DNA of 64,000 nucleotides from Gammaproteobacteria bacterium Ga0077554. GTDB taxonomy: Bacteria > Pseudomonadota > Gammaproteobacteria > Ga0077554 > Ga007554. The position numbers and the translations under genes are program-made. How positions within the stretch are numbered: position 1 is the stretch's first letter; each line of letters opens with the position of its first letter. Below, piece after piece: positions 14,725 to 26,239 of the stretch. The notes under the pieces are model-generated. The model saw only the letters and a program-made list of their open reading frames with translations, ran no database searches and was not told the origin of the DNA. The stretch lies in NCBI GenBank assembly GCA_001464585.1, contig LNFF01000022.1, forward strand, positions 79,107 to 143,106. The letters run 5' to 3'.

Positions 14725-15443
14725 CTATTTTGGTGTCTTGGCTATGTTGGTACGCTTCTGTTCTTTCATTTCCGCCGCACAGGGACGTGTTAGTGCCGTG
14801 GGAGGCAGGATGCCGGGAGCGGCCACTGCTTCGGCAATGCGCGCAATCAGCGCATGCACCACCTCATGCTTCATCTTCATCGACGCTTTGTTCACAATCA
14901 AACGCGAACTGATATTTGCGATCAACTCCAGCGGCGCCAGGCCATTGGCCTTGAGCGTGTTGCCGGTATCAACCACATCGACAATACAATCGGACAAACC
15001 CACTAACGGCGCCAACTCCATGGAACCATACAGCTTGATGATTTCAACCTGTTTGCCCTGCGCGGCAAAATAACGGCGCGTAGTCGCCACGTATTTAGTG
15101 GCGATGCGCATGCGTGCTTCGCTGTTCTTAAACGCGACAGGGCCGGCCAGCATCAGGCGGCAACAGGCGATTTTCAAATCCAGCGGTTCATATAAACCGT
15201 CGCCGCCGTATTCCATCAACACGTCCTTACCCGCCACACCCACGTCAGCCGCGCCATATTCAACATAGGTAGGCACATCGGATGAACGGATAACCACTAA
15301 TTTGATGTTAGGTTGGTTGGTATCCAGAATCAACTTGCGGCTGGTCTCAGGATCATCCACGGGCACAATGCCAGCGTGCGCCAGCAGCGGCAGCGCGTCT
15401 TTAAAAATGCGTCCCTTGGCAAGCGCGATGGTTAAGGTTTCAT

Positions 15444-15447
<4 letters not shown>
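14725..15447 (-). CDS. hisG: ATP phosphoribosyltransferase (short-form HisG) with C-terminal repeat-derived extension
   Basis: [10 protein letters not shown] ... [14 protein letters not shown] catalytic signature; 240 aa vs ~215 typical, extra segment [18 protein letters not shown] encoded by the Family-C repeat. Confidence 0.9.
14771..14824. repeat. Family-C in-frame coding repeat, copy in hisG 3' end
   Basis: tccgccgcacagggacgtgttagtgccgtgggaggcaggatgccgggagcggcc; ~85 % identical to the copy at 15583-15635. Confidence 0.7.
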
Positions 15448-17116
<1,669 letters not shown>

Positions 17117-17146
17117 TCATTCACTGGCCCGCTCACGGCATGGCCT

Positions 17147-17401
17147 TTATTGCACGGTTGTTTCACGCACTTTTTCCCACTCCGCAGGAGTGTAGGTACG
17201 CATCGACAAGGCGTGGATTTCTGCGTGCATTCTATCACCCAGCGTGGCATAGACCAGGCGGTGCTGTGCCAGCATGCCCTTGCCATCAAAAGCATCGGCA
17301 ATGATCACTGCTTCAAAATGCACACCATCATCACCATTTACTTGCACAATGCTACCCGGCAACCCTATCTCAATCAGTCGCTTGACTTCTTCAGCGCGCA
17401 T
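17147..17401 (-). CDS. ibaG: BolA-family protein IbaG
   Basis: 84 aa; HAEIHALSMRTYTPAEWEK aligns with E. coli IbaG HAVSIKAYTPAEW; located between mla genes and murA as in E. coli. Confidence 0.8.
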   Translation of the reverse strand: MRAEEVKRLIEIGLPGSIVQVNGDDGVHFEAVIIADAFDGKGMLAQHRLVYATLGDRMHAEIHALSMRTYTPAEWEKVRETTVQ

Positions 17402-17638
17402 GCGGAATCCTTATATATATAGACCTAATGGTAAATTTATTATTATACCAAATATATCAAAAGGATAGTGAAGATCGTGAGTTATTGCGGGAGAAATGTC
17501 TTGAAAAAACCATCATAAAGAAGCTTTTGAAGAAAGTAGCCTGGCTCTATAATATTATATTGGTCAGTCATAATTAACTGATAAACATATAAAATTACTT
17601 CATCAGCAATATCGGGGCAATGATCGGCGAAATCCCGG

Positions 17639-17983
17639 TCAGGCCAGATAACGGCTTATGATTATATGAAATGAACAACTCACATCCCGGTAAGGGTCAT
17701 CAAAGAAAATGCCAATTTTGAATGAGGAAGAGGACGGAGGATGCTCCTCACACCACGTGACCGTACCCGTCAGGCTAACGACATGGTCGTCTTCCGCATA
17801 GAAAATTTTAACGGGTCGGCCGGGATCCATGTAGACAGGCAAGGTGATTCCCATTCCTGAGATAGACATGTCGCGTATTTCAGGGATTTCATGAAATTCG
17901 CCACGAACCTCCAGGGTAAATGTGCCCTCACAGTGATCCATGCGCAACGGTTTGCGTTCGTGCCTGCGTTTTTCAATGCCCAT
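17639..17983 (-). CDS. PilZ-domain protein (c-di-GMP binding motifs)
   Basis: RRHERKP (RxxxR) and DMSISGMGI (D/NxSxxG) motifs of the PilZ domain. Confidence 0.6.
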   Translation of the reverse strand: MGIEKRRHERKPLRMDHCEGTFTLEVRGEFHEIPEIRDMSISGMGITLPVYMDPGRPVKIFYAEDDHVVSLTGTVTWCEEHPPSSSSFKIGIFFDDPYRDVSCSFHIIISRYLA

Positions 17984-18149
17984 TTTAACTCCTGTACGCT
18001 ATCACCTAACATGGCATGCGTAAGTAATAGCGGCCATCTGGGCCACCTCCTTGAGATGATTCGGGATTTGCACCATCCCGATGATCATAAAGAATAAACA
18101 GGTCTCACTGCCATTTTTCCAGTAAATTCGACCCCCATCCTATGCATTC

Positions 18150-18485
18150 CTAGGCCATTGGGAGAATGTGTTCTACACCACTAATGGTTGCAATCGCCAG
18201 CATTTGCGGGGGGATGTTTTTGAAGGTAATGCGCTTCTCCTGGGCGCGTGCGTTACGCATCCATTCAATCAGCAGCGCAAGGCCTGCACTGTCCACATGA
18301 CTGATGCCCTGCAAGTCAAATGTGATGTCTCCACCCCCACTGAGCAAGGTAGAGCTAGTACGCCACACTGACGGCACCGTCTCAAAAGTGAGGGCGCCGG
18401 AAATTAAAAAGCCACCTTCTGCAAATGGCTTGATCTGGACAGCATCACTATCACCGCGCTTAATACCCTCAGGGGTAACGCTCAT
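18150..18485 (-). CDS. mlaB: STAS-domain protein MlaB
   Basis: 111-aa STAS fold (anti-sigma antagonist-like), immediately downstream of mlaC with 4-bp overlap. Confidence 0.7.
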   Translation of the reverse strand: MSVTPEGIKRGDSDAVQIKPFAEGGFLISGALTFETVPSVWRTSSTLLSGGGDITFDLQGISHVDSAGLALLIEWMRNARAQEKRITFKNIPPQMLAIATISGVEHILPMA

Positions 18486-19159
18486 GGGGCCTGAGAACGT
18501 GGTTTGGCAGACGCGGCAGGCGCAGGTACGGCTGCAGCAGGCTGGTTGGTTTGATTACGCTGGGCAAGTTTGGCGATTAACTTGTCTAACCCGGACTTAC
18601 GTATTTCATTGGAGAAACTGGTGCGGTAATTCGTGACCAGGCTTACGCCGTCAATAGCCACATCATAAACCTTCCATTCCCCATTTTTCAAAGCCAGACT
18701 GTAGTCAATCGGAATAGCGGCCGCGCCTGGCTGTTCAACTGCTGTATGCACGGTCACCTCTGTGGCACCGGGATCAGCGCGCACCGGAGCATAGGTGATG
18801 GAGCGGTCAGTATAGTCGGTGAGTGAAGTAGCGTAGGTACGCACCAGAAGATTGCGAAATTCCGCAACAAATTTTTCACGCTGAACAGGAGTAGCCGTGC
18901 GCCAATGCTTGCCCAGCACCCACGACGCCATGCGCTCGAAATCAAAGCGCGGCAAGACAATATCACTGACCAACGCGTAAATGCGCGTCGGGTCTTTACG
19001 AATAACGGCCTCATCTGCTTTGAGCTTGGCTATCAGGCGATCTGCCGTTTGCTTGATCATCTCTAACGGCGGTTGAGGCTCGGCTGCTATCGCATTAATG
19101 CTGGCGGATCCAAAGGCTACCAGGCACAGCAGTAGTAATCTGGTTATGAATTGGCTCAT
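18482..19159 (-). CDS. mlaC: Phospholipid-binding periplasmic protein MlaC
   Basis: 225 aa, signal peptide, Ttg2D/MlaC family sequence. Confidence 0.85.
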   Translation of the reverse strand: MSQFITRLLLLCLVAFGSASINAIAAEPQPPLEMIKQTADRLIAKLKADEAVIRKDPTRIYALVSDIVLPRFDFERMASWVLGKHWRTATPVQREKFVAEFRNLLVRTYATSLTDYTDRSITYAPVRADPGATEVTVHTAVEQPGAAAIPIDYSLALKNGEWKVYDVAIDGVSLVTNYRTSFSNEIRKSGLDKLIAKLAQRNQTNQPAAAVPAPAASAKPRSQAP

Positions 19160-19337
19160 TGATCAACTCCGTGACATGTTTAATTGCATTTAAGAAAGCT
19201 GTAATCCATTCGCAGGGTCCGGAAACAAAACTTATAATATTACAAAGTGAAACATAGGGTATGTGGGACATTTTCCTTCAGGATACTAACGTTACAGCAC
19301 TCTCTTGGTTAATTAGAGGCTGACTGGCTAAATTGGT

Positions 19338-20702
19338 TCATTGCTCCGTCCCGGCTACGTTTTGCAATTGTGCAACGCGCATATTGTATTCGTAAATGGT
19401 TTTAATGTAATCGGTTTGGGTTAATACATAGCCCTGAAATGCGGCGATAACACGATCGGCTGTTTCCAGCCCCGCTTCAAAATCGGCATAACGGCCCACC
19501 ATCCAACGCCGCGCATGGCGACTGCCCTCACTTAACTCTTGCAGCGCAGCATGCTCGGACTTCACCTGATAGTATTGTTCGGCCACCTGAAAAGGGATGC
19601 CTTGTTGTGCCAGTGAAGATTTGGCAATCAATGCATTTAACTCTGCCTGCTCCTGGGCCACCTTGGCGCGCTGCACTCCGCGCTGCCAATCCCACTTCAA
19701 CCCTATCATGGGCGTAAGCCCGGTTTCATTAAACGGATCGTAGATATAAGGGTTATCCAGCCGATCACGATTAGGGGAATAAGAAAGCACGCCTGCAACC
19801 CCCGCATAAAGATTGGGCATGGCGTCCGCGCGCCGCGCTTCGACCAGGGCATGCCGGGCTTTCAAGCCCGCAGCGACCTGGAGTATTTCGGGACGCTGGG
19901 CGAGTGCCTGCCGCTGAAATTCTGACAGATCTCCACCCGGCAGCGCTACGGGAGATAAGGCCTTGTCGGCCAATTGCAATTCATCCGTCGCTTTCATCCC
20001 GGTCAGAACTTTTAAACCTTCCAAAGCGATTTTCTGCATGCCTTCAGTCTGGGAAATATAGCGGCCTATAAGCGAATGTCCGGCCTGCAGCGCAAAAATA
20101 TCTGCCTGTCGCATATCGCTTTCGCCTTCATCCAGCCATCTCTGAGCCACGTCGATCGCTTTGGCAATGCGTGATCGTACATCTTCAAGAAAGCGGCGAC
20201 CGTCCTGGGCGGCCAGATAACCGTAATAGGCGCGCTTCACATCCAGAGCGGTGGCGGCGCGCTGAATGCGTATATCATGCTCCTTGACCTGCACATTGGC
20301 CTGTGCGGCAATCGCATAATTTTCGACCTTGCCGAAGGTATATAAAGGTTTGATAATGCTTAATTGAAAATTAAGCCACGGCGATACGCTGTTTTTCTGC
20401 AGGTCATATTTATCAGAACGCAAGGTGCAATTGCCGGGCACGCATCCGCCGTCCCGGAACGGGCTGCCATCTACACCGGGTGATATGGCCAAAAAGGTAT
20501 TGGCGTCAAATTTCCAGTCTTGATTACCATGCACTTCCTGTAATAAAGCCTGCGCGCTGCCTACCAGGTGTTGTCGTTCAGCAATACGCGGATCGGTTTC
20601 CAACGCGCGTTGCGTGGCCTGCTCCAAGGTAAACGTAAGCGTTTCGCCGCTTGCATGTGCGCACGTTAATAACCCTGCCAGTAGCGCTACGCCCAATCGC
20701 AT
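19338..20702 (-). CDS. TolC-family outer-membrane efflux protein, embedded between mlaD and mlaC
   Basis: Signal peptide MRLGVALLAGLLTCAHASG, then two OEP-type repeats (LTFTLEQATQRALETDPRI... and LSEFQRQALAQRPEILQ...). Start placed at internal ATG giving the signal peptide. Confidence 0.7.
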   Translation of the reverse strand: MRLGVALLAGLLTCAHASGETLTFTLEQATQRALETDPRIAERQHLVGSAQALLQEVHGNQDWKFDANTFLAISPGVDGSPFRDGGCVPGNCTLRSDKYDLQKNSVSPWLNFQLSIIKPLYTFGKVENYAIAAQANVQVKEHDIRIQRAATALDVKRAYYGYLAAQDGRRFLEDVRSRIAKAIDVAQRWLDEGESDMRQADIFALQAGHSLIGRYISQTEGMQKIALEGLKVLTGMKATDELQLADKALSPVALPGGDLSEFQRQALAQRPEILQVAAGLKARHALVEARRADAMPNLYAGVAGVLSYSPNRDRLDNPYIYDPFNETGLTPMIGLKWDWQRGVQRAKVAQEQAELNALIAKSSLAQQGIPFQVAEQYYQVKSEHAALQELSEGSRHARRWMVGRYADFEAGLETADRVIAAFQGYVLTQTDYIKTIYEYNMRVAQLQNVAGTEQ

Positions 20703-20785
20703 TCCCGGTCGCATCCTTAATACCATGTTGAACTTCATCCTTAATCCCATCTCTTAATCCCCAATCCAATTAAAGCCCAATCCAA

Positions 20786-21286
20786 TCAAGGCCCAGCTCC
20801 TTCTGCGGCTTTACTTTCCCCCGTTCCTTCAGCGGCTTTGTTAAATAAAAATTGCCCCACCATTTGTTCCAGGATGAATGCCGACTGAGTGAGCTTAATT
20901 TCCCCACCAGACTTCAGCATCGTCTCCGCGCCCCCCGGTTCCAATGCAATATATTGCTCGCCCAGCAATCCGGCGGTTAAAATACTTGCCGATGTGTCTT
21001 CTGGTAATTGATTATGCTTGGCAGCAATGCTTAATGTCACCAATGCATCATAGCTTTTGTCATCATATATAACTGTTTTGACACGACCGATGCGCACCCC
21101 TGCGACCGTCACGGGCGCACGCTCTTTTAATCCACCGATATTCTCAAAACGTGCAATCACTTCAAAACCATCCTGGTCAGACAAGCTGCTCAAGTTGCTG
21201 ACCTTCATTGCCAGCATTACCAACGCGGCCAGACCCACTGCCACAAACACGCCGACGGCGATTTCCTGGGTTCTTTTTTGTATCAT
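20786..21286 (-). CDS. mlaD: MCE-domain protein MlaD
   Basis: 166 aa; N-terminal TM helix + MCE domain. Confidence 0.85.
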   Translation of the reverse strand: MIQKRTQEIAVGVFVAVGLAALVMLAMKVSNLSSLSDQDGFEVIARFENIGGLKERAPVTVAGVRIGRVKTVIYDDKSYDALVTLSIAAKHNQLPEDTSASILTAGLLGEQYIALEPGGAETMLKSGGEIKLTQSAFILEQMVGQFLFNKAAEGTGESKAAEGAGP

Positions 21287-22069
21287 TCAAACGCTCCCAA
21301 ACATCAGTGCAGTTAATATGAAATCCAGCCCCAGCACCGCAAAGGCCGTATGCACCACAGTGCGGGTGGTGGCGCGGCTGACGCCTTCGGTGGTAGGCAC
21401 GGCATCATAACCTTCAAACACCGCAATCCACGCCGCCACAAAACCAAACACAACACTTTTGACAAGACCATTCATGATGTCTTCGTAAAAATCTACTTTG
21501 CCTTGCATTTGTGACCAGAACGCGCCGCTATCCACTCCCAGCAGGCCGACTCCCACAAAATAACCGCCCAGTATCCCCATGGCGCTGAACATGGCTGCCA
21601 GCAATGGCATGGAAATAATGGCGGCAATAAAGCGCGGCACAATGACACGCTTCATGGGATCCACGGCCATCATTTCCATGCCGGAAAGTTGCTCCGTGGC
21701 TTTCATCAAACCAATTTCTGCCGTCAATGCCGAGCCAGCGCGCCCCGCAAATAACAGCGCCGCCACCACTGGCCCCAGCTCACGTACCAAAGACAAGGCG
21801 ACCACTTGGCCCAATGATTCTTCAGCGCCAAAATCCACCAGGGTATTATACCCTTGCAGACCGAGCACCATACCCACATTCAAACCGGAGATGACAATCA
21901 GCATCATTGACAAAACACCCACTGAATAGAGCTGGATGATCACCAGGCGAGGCCGTGGCACGAGGCTGGGTATCGCGGCAAACACCCGCATTAAAAATAG
22001 ACCGCCACGCCCCAGGCGCTCAAACAACGCCAGGCTGCTGCGTCCCAGCTTCTGAAACCAATCAATCAT
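21287..22069 (-). CDS. mlaE: Phospholipid ABC transporter permease MlaE
   Basis: ~260 aa polytopic permease; track ORF N-terminal 34 codons overlap mlaF, start placed at MIDWFQKLG. Confidence 0.85.
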   Translation of the reverse strand: MIDWFQKLGRSSLALFERLGRGGLFLMRVFAAIPSLVPRPRLVIIQLYSVGVLSMMLIVISGLNVGMVLGLQGYNTLVDFGAEESLGQVVALSLVRELGPVVAALLFAGRAGSALTAEIGLMKATEQLSGMEMMAVDPMKRVIVPRFIAAIISMPLLAAMFSAMGILGGYFVGVGLLGVDSGAFWSQMQGKVDFYEDIMNGLVKSVVFGFVAAWIAVFEGYDAVPTTEGVSRATTRTVVHTAFAVLGLDFILTALMFGSV

Positions 22070-22890
22070 CAGGCGCTTACCCCCGCCAGCAAGTCTTGCG
22101 CATAATCCGCAGCGGGGTAATGGAAGGGTACGGGGCCATCCGGTAAACCGCCCATAAACTGTCGAATCCATTCTGACCCGGAATGGCCAAGCTCTTGCGG
22201 CGTGCCGTGGCCCACGATTTTCCCTGCGGCCATCATATACATGTAATCACTGACCCTGCTCAACTCATGCACATCGTGCGACACAATAATGCTGGTAAGA
22301 CCCAGGGTATCATTGAGCATGCGTATCAATTGCATGATCACACCGACGGTAATCGGATCCTGCCCGGTAAACGGTTCGTCGTACATGATCATGGCCGGAT
22401 CAAGCGCAATGGCCCGCGCCAAAGCCACGCGACGCGCCATGCCCCCGGAAAGCTCGGCAGGCATTAAATCACGGGCGCCGCGCAGACCCACCACTTGCAA
22501 CTTCATGAGCACCAGATCACGCAGCATGGATTCGGGCAAATGCGTATGCTCGCGCAACGGAAATGCTACGTTTTCAAATACCGTAAGATCAGTGAATAAC
22601 GCGCCGGTTTGAAACAGCAGGCTCATGCGCTTGCGCAAGCGATACAGGTCATCACGCGAGACATGATGGATGTCTTCGCCCTCTACCAGCACGCTGCCCG
22701 TAGAAGGAGCCAACTGGCCGCCAATGAGCTTCAGCAAAGTGGTTTTGCCGGTGCCGCTTGGACCCATAATCGCGGTGATCTTGCCACGCGGAATGTCGAT
22801 GTCCACACCATCAAAAATCACGCGCGCGCCGTGCGCAAAACGCAGGTCACGAATTTTTACCATCAGTGCATCGTCATGGAGTTCTGCCAT
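22069..22890 (-). CDS. mlaF: Phospholipid ABC transporter ATPase MlaF
   Basis: Walker [15 protein letters not shown] signature, Walker B IMYDEP; start at ATG preceded by AAGGA. Confidence 0.9.
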   Translation of the reverse strand: MAELHDDALMVKIRDLRFAHGARVIFDGVDIDIPRGKITAIMGPSGTGKTTLLKLIGGQLAPSTGSVLVEGEDIHHVSRDDLYRLRKRMSLLFQTGALFTDLTVFENVAFPLREHTHLPESMLRDLVLMKLQVVGLRGARDLMPAELSGGMARRVALARAIALDPAMIMYDEPFTGQDPITVGVIMQLIRMLNDTLGLTSIIVSHDVHELSRVSDYMYMMAAGKIVGHGTPQELGHSGSEWIRQFMGGLPDGPVPFHYPAADYAQDLLAGVSA

Positions 22891-23010
22891 TATAAATCCT
22901 TTTTTCACCTGTCGGCTTATCAGGCGACTTCACAAGGCAGGTGTGCAACCTTGTTATAATATCATAGAAGTTATTCAGGAGCCGCAAGCGAACCCAAATA
23001 ACCAAGCGTC

Positions 23011-23451
23011 TTATAGGGAAATTAATTTACGCAGGCGTTGTGCAGGGGTATGGTCTTGATAATAGTTATTGATTTGTGCAAAGGGACTATAGCCCGATTT
23101 GGCATAGAGCGCCAACGCCGCATGATTGTCGGCACGCACTTCAAGGCGCAGGCTGGTACAACCCTTACCCAAGGCCGCTGATTCAACCGCCTTGAGTAAG
23201 GCGCGGGCAATCCCACGCCCTTGTGCACGGGGGTGTACCACCAAAGAATAGATACGGCCGCTTAGGGAGCCGCGCCGATACAACACCACACTATCGGCAA
23301 TAATTTCACTGTCCTCTTCATACACTAAAATAGATGCACTGTCGCGATTCAACAAGCGCCGGAAACTTTGCCGGCTCATCCGGTCTCCGGGGAAAATCGC
23401 CTCCAACCGCACCAATGCATCTATATCTTCAGGAGTAGCGGAACGTATCAT
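23011..23451 (-). CDS. GNAT-family N-acetyltransferase (RimI-like)
   Basis: 146 aa; acetyl-CoA motif HPRAQGRGIARALL. Confidence 0.75.
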   Translation of the reverse strand: MIRSATPEDIDALVRLEAIFPGDRMSRQSFRRLLNRDSASILVYEEDSEIIADSVVLYRRGSLSGRIYSLVVHPRAQGRGIARALLKAVESAALGKGCTSLRLEVRADNHAALALYAKSGYSPFAQINNYYQDHTPAQRLRKLISL

Positions 23452-23469
23452 TACCTGGAGATAGTTTCA

Positions 23470-24627
23470 TTAATCACGAAACGCAGCGCCTTCCGAACCA
23501 ACCAACGGCTCATGATGACGCAGCGTAAATTTCTCCCCGAATAATACCGGTCGATAACTCATTTTAACCTTGCGCAGATTTTCCAGGCCCAGGTCATCAC
23601 CCACGTTAATGTATACGCAGTCATGGTAGACCTTGGCAAATTCATGGAATAGAAATTGCGCTGAGCCCAGCACCGCAAAATTGGTTTTTTCCACCAGAAT
23701 GCTCGCCACGCTCGGGGTAATGCGTTCACCAATGGTAAAGCCTTCCAGCCGGTCATCAATAAACAGGCACAGCCCTTGCAGATCGAGCTGGTCATAATGC
23801 TTGATGGCGCGCTCAATGGCTTTGCGCTCCATCTCTACCGTATAAAAGAAATCGCCAATCGCTTCACCTGCGAGATATTTAAGACGGTTCTTCAGCCAGG
23901 TTTCAACCAGCGCGCGGATACCTTCCCAGTGCTGCGGCCCCAACACTTCGAGACGGTGATTAGGATAGGCGCGCCGAAACTGGTTAATTTCACCACGCTT
24001 GGTTTTGTAAGGATTACCCTTGAGCTGGATCAAGTCTTCCGTGGAATAAATGTAATCGGGCAAGGCGCGCTCCACCAGCCACGGCGACCGTATTGATTCA
24101 ATAGCGCCCTCTTCCCCCATTGAAACCGGGGTCTCGGCATCTAACACCTCCAGGAAATCCTTATACACATATTCCACGACACTGAAATAGGGCGAAGGAT
24201 TGTGGCTGTCCATAATCTCAAAGCAAATCTCCAGCGCACGCGCCTGGCGCGACCGGTCGCCCAGCGGTGGCAGCAGCATGGTGAGGCAGTTGCCATTGAG
24301 ACTGAACAGGCAGAAACACTCTTCAATGATCTGGTAAAACGCGCTCATGCGTGATAACCATATGATATTATTTGAAAAAGTGTAGTCGGAAATAGGAATC
24401 TGAAGGGAGTGTTGATAACGCTCGAAAAGCGCCTTGGTGTCAACGGTGAAAGGGTAAAGACGGTAATCGGAGATGGCGAGATAGCTCTTGGGAAAGAGGT
24501 CGTTGGTCAATACCGTAAGGTTGTTTGCCCACGTTCGGTTCGCCTTGGCTTTATCTATCTGGTTCTCCAGATCAAAGCGCTTGGCGTGTACGGTACTACC
24601 GGGAGGTTCGTCTGTTTGTGTTAGCAT
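23470..24627 (-). CDS. Hypothetical protein; possibly DUF2156 / MprF-C-terminal-like acyltransferase fold
   Basis: 385-aa intact ORF with good coding appearance; adjacent to GNAT gene; family assignment from memory only. Confidence 0.35.
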   Translation of the reverse strand: MLTQTDEPPGSTVHAKRFDLENQIDKAKANRTWANNLTVLTNDLFPKSYLAISDYRLYPFTVDTKALFERYQHSLQIPISDYTFSNNIIWLSRMSAFYQIIEECFCLFSLNGNCLTMLLPPLGDRSRQARALEICFEIMDSHNPSPYFSVVEYVYKDFLEVLDAETPVSMGEEGAIESIRSPWLVERALPDYIYSTEDLIQLKGNPYKTKRGEINQFRRAYPNHRLEVLGPQHWEGIRALVETWLKNRLKYLAGEAIGDFFYTVEMERKAIERAIKHYDQLDLQGLCLFIDDRLEGFTIGERITPSVASILVEKTNFAVLGSAQFLFHEFAKVYHDCVYINVGDDLGLENLRKVKMSYRPVLFGEKFTLRHHEPLVGSEGAAFRD

Positions 24628-24991
24628 GTAGTGCTCCTGTTAAGTAAAATGGTTCAAGTATACGGGTTATCTTTCACGCTGTCCCCGTGCCGCCATTGAG
24701 GGCGGCATCATCTCGACAGCAGTTGTGTGTATAACGGCACTATTTTGATAATCAATAGCCTTGTCATCACACACTCCGGGACTGTTGCATTTAATAAAGC
24801 AAAATGTACCATTTGTAAAGAGCTACGGTAAAAATTGTTGGGATCGCCTGTCACCCAAGGGTCTGTGAGGAAATAAGTGTTATATTTAAACGGCGCTCAC
24901 GGGATGCGCTGCAAGGCGTTTGGCGCGCAGTATAGCCGGCTACATAAGCGCTAAACAACGCCGCAGGGCGCCCGTCAGTGACGTTTAAATG

Positions 24992-25138
24992 TAAGAGACC
25001 TCTGAGAAACTCGATCAAACGGATGATGGCGAGGCGGAAATGGGCGAAAAAGCGGAGTGTACACGAAGTACATGAGCATTTTGAGCGCATTTCCAACGAC
25101 GCCAGCGCCGTTTCAGCGAGTTTCTCAGAGGTCTCTTA
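24992..25138. repeat. Family-B ~150-bp structured element, copy B1; perfect 22-bp terminal inverted repeats
   Basis: taagagacctctgagaaactcg ... core ggcggaaatgggcgaaaaagcggagtgtacacgaagtacatgagcattttgagcgcatttccaacg ... cgagtttctcagaggtctctta. Sits in a larger structured spacer 24872-25147 flanked by aaataagtgtta / taacacttattt. Confidence 0.7.
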
Positions 25139-25164
25139 ACACTTATTTATGAACAGGCCCTAAC

Positions 25165-26238
25165 ATGACCTACTTCACCAAACGCTACCACCCCCCCGGC
25201 ACGGCGCCGGGCGAACTGACCGTCGATGCGGCCACAGCCGATCAGCCACTCACGCTCCGCCTCATTGATTATGACGCCACAGAGTACACCGAGAAGGAAA
25301 ACATTAGCTTCGAAGAGTGCCTGCCGCACCTTGAGCATCCCGCCATGACCTGGATCCACGTCCACGGCCACGCCGCACCGGACTTGTTGCGTAACATCGG
25401 TAAAGCCTTCGGCCTGCACCCCCTGGCACTCGAAGATGTGCTCAATTCCGGGCAACGCCCCAAGGTTGAATCGTATGACGGGCAGCTATTTGTCGTCATG
25501 AGCCTGCCCGTACACCCTAACGGCTCCATCATCACTGAACAGGTCAGCCTGTTTGTAGGGAAAGATTTCTTGGTCAGCTTTCATAATGGCCTGACTGACC
25601 CCTTTGATCTTGTGCGCAAACGCCTGCGCAACCACAGCGGACATATTCGTAGCGGTGGACCAGACCATTTGCTTTATGCCCTGCTTGATGTGATCATTGA
25701 TGAAGGGTTTCCGGTGCTGGAAGATCTGGGCGAAGAGATCGAAGACATTGAAGAAGTGCTGCTCGCTTCACCCGATAAAACCACGCTGCACAACATTCAT
25801 CATATCAAACGCGAGCTGCTCTTGTTGCGTCGCATGCTCTGGCCACACCGCGAAGTGCTGAACTCATTGCTGCGCGGCGACCATGCGCTGATACGCGATG
25901 ACACCAAAACGTATTTACGTGACTGCTATGACCACACCATTCAGATCATGGATCTGCTGGAAACTTACCGTGACATCATGACCGGCATGCTGGACATCTA
26001 CCTCTCCAGCGTCAGCATGCGCCTGAATGACGTGATGCGCGTATTGACCGTCATCGCCACGCTATTTATACCGCCCACGTTTGTGGTGGGCGTATACGGC
26101 ATGAATTTTGACCGTGCGGTCAGCCCCTGGAACATGCCAGAACTGGAATGGAAGTATGGCTATGTGTTTGCCTGGCTCATCATCGTTGCCATGATGGGTG
26201 GAATGCTGGTTTATTTTAAACGCAAAAAGTGGTTTTGA
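25165..26238 (+). CDS. corA: Magnesium/cobalt transporter CorA
   Basis: 357 aa; GMN motif (YGMNF) before the two C-terminal TM helices. Confidence 0.9.
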   Translation: MTYFTKRYHPPGTAPGELTVDAATADQPLTLRLIDYDATEYTEKENISFEECLPHLEHPAMTWIHVHGHAAPDLLRNIGKAFGLHPLALEDVLNSGQRPKVESYDGQLFVVMSLPVHPNGSIITEQVSLFVGKDFLVSFHNGLTDPFDLVRKRLRNHSGHIRSGGPDHLLYALLDVIIDEGFPVLEDLGEEIEDIEEVLLASPDKTTLHNIHHIKRELLLLRRMLWPHREVLNSLLRGDHALIRDDTKTYLRDCYDHTIQIMDLLETYRDIMTGMLDIYLSSVSMRLNDVMRVLTVIATLFIPPTFVVGVYGMNFDRAVSPWNMPELEWKYGYVFAWLIIVAMMGGMLVYFKRKKWF

Positions 26239-26239
26239 C

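Noticed and set aside
24851-25096. 81-aa minus-strand ORF (MEMRSKCSCTSCTLRFFAHF...) inside Family-B element B1
   Set aside because: The second copy (B2) encodes the same first ~22 residues but then stops with a different C-terminus, so no conserved protein; the TTG start is weak; conservation is better explained by a structured repeat core.
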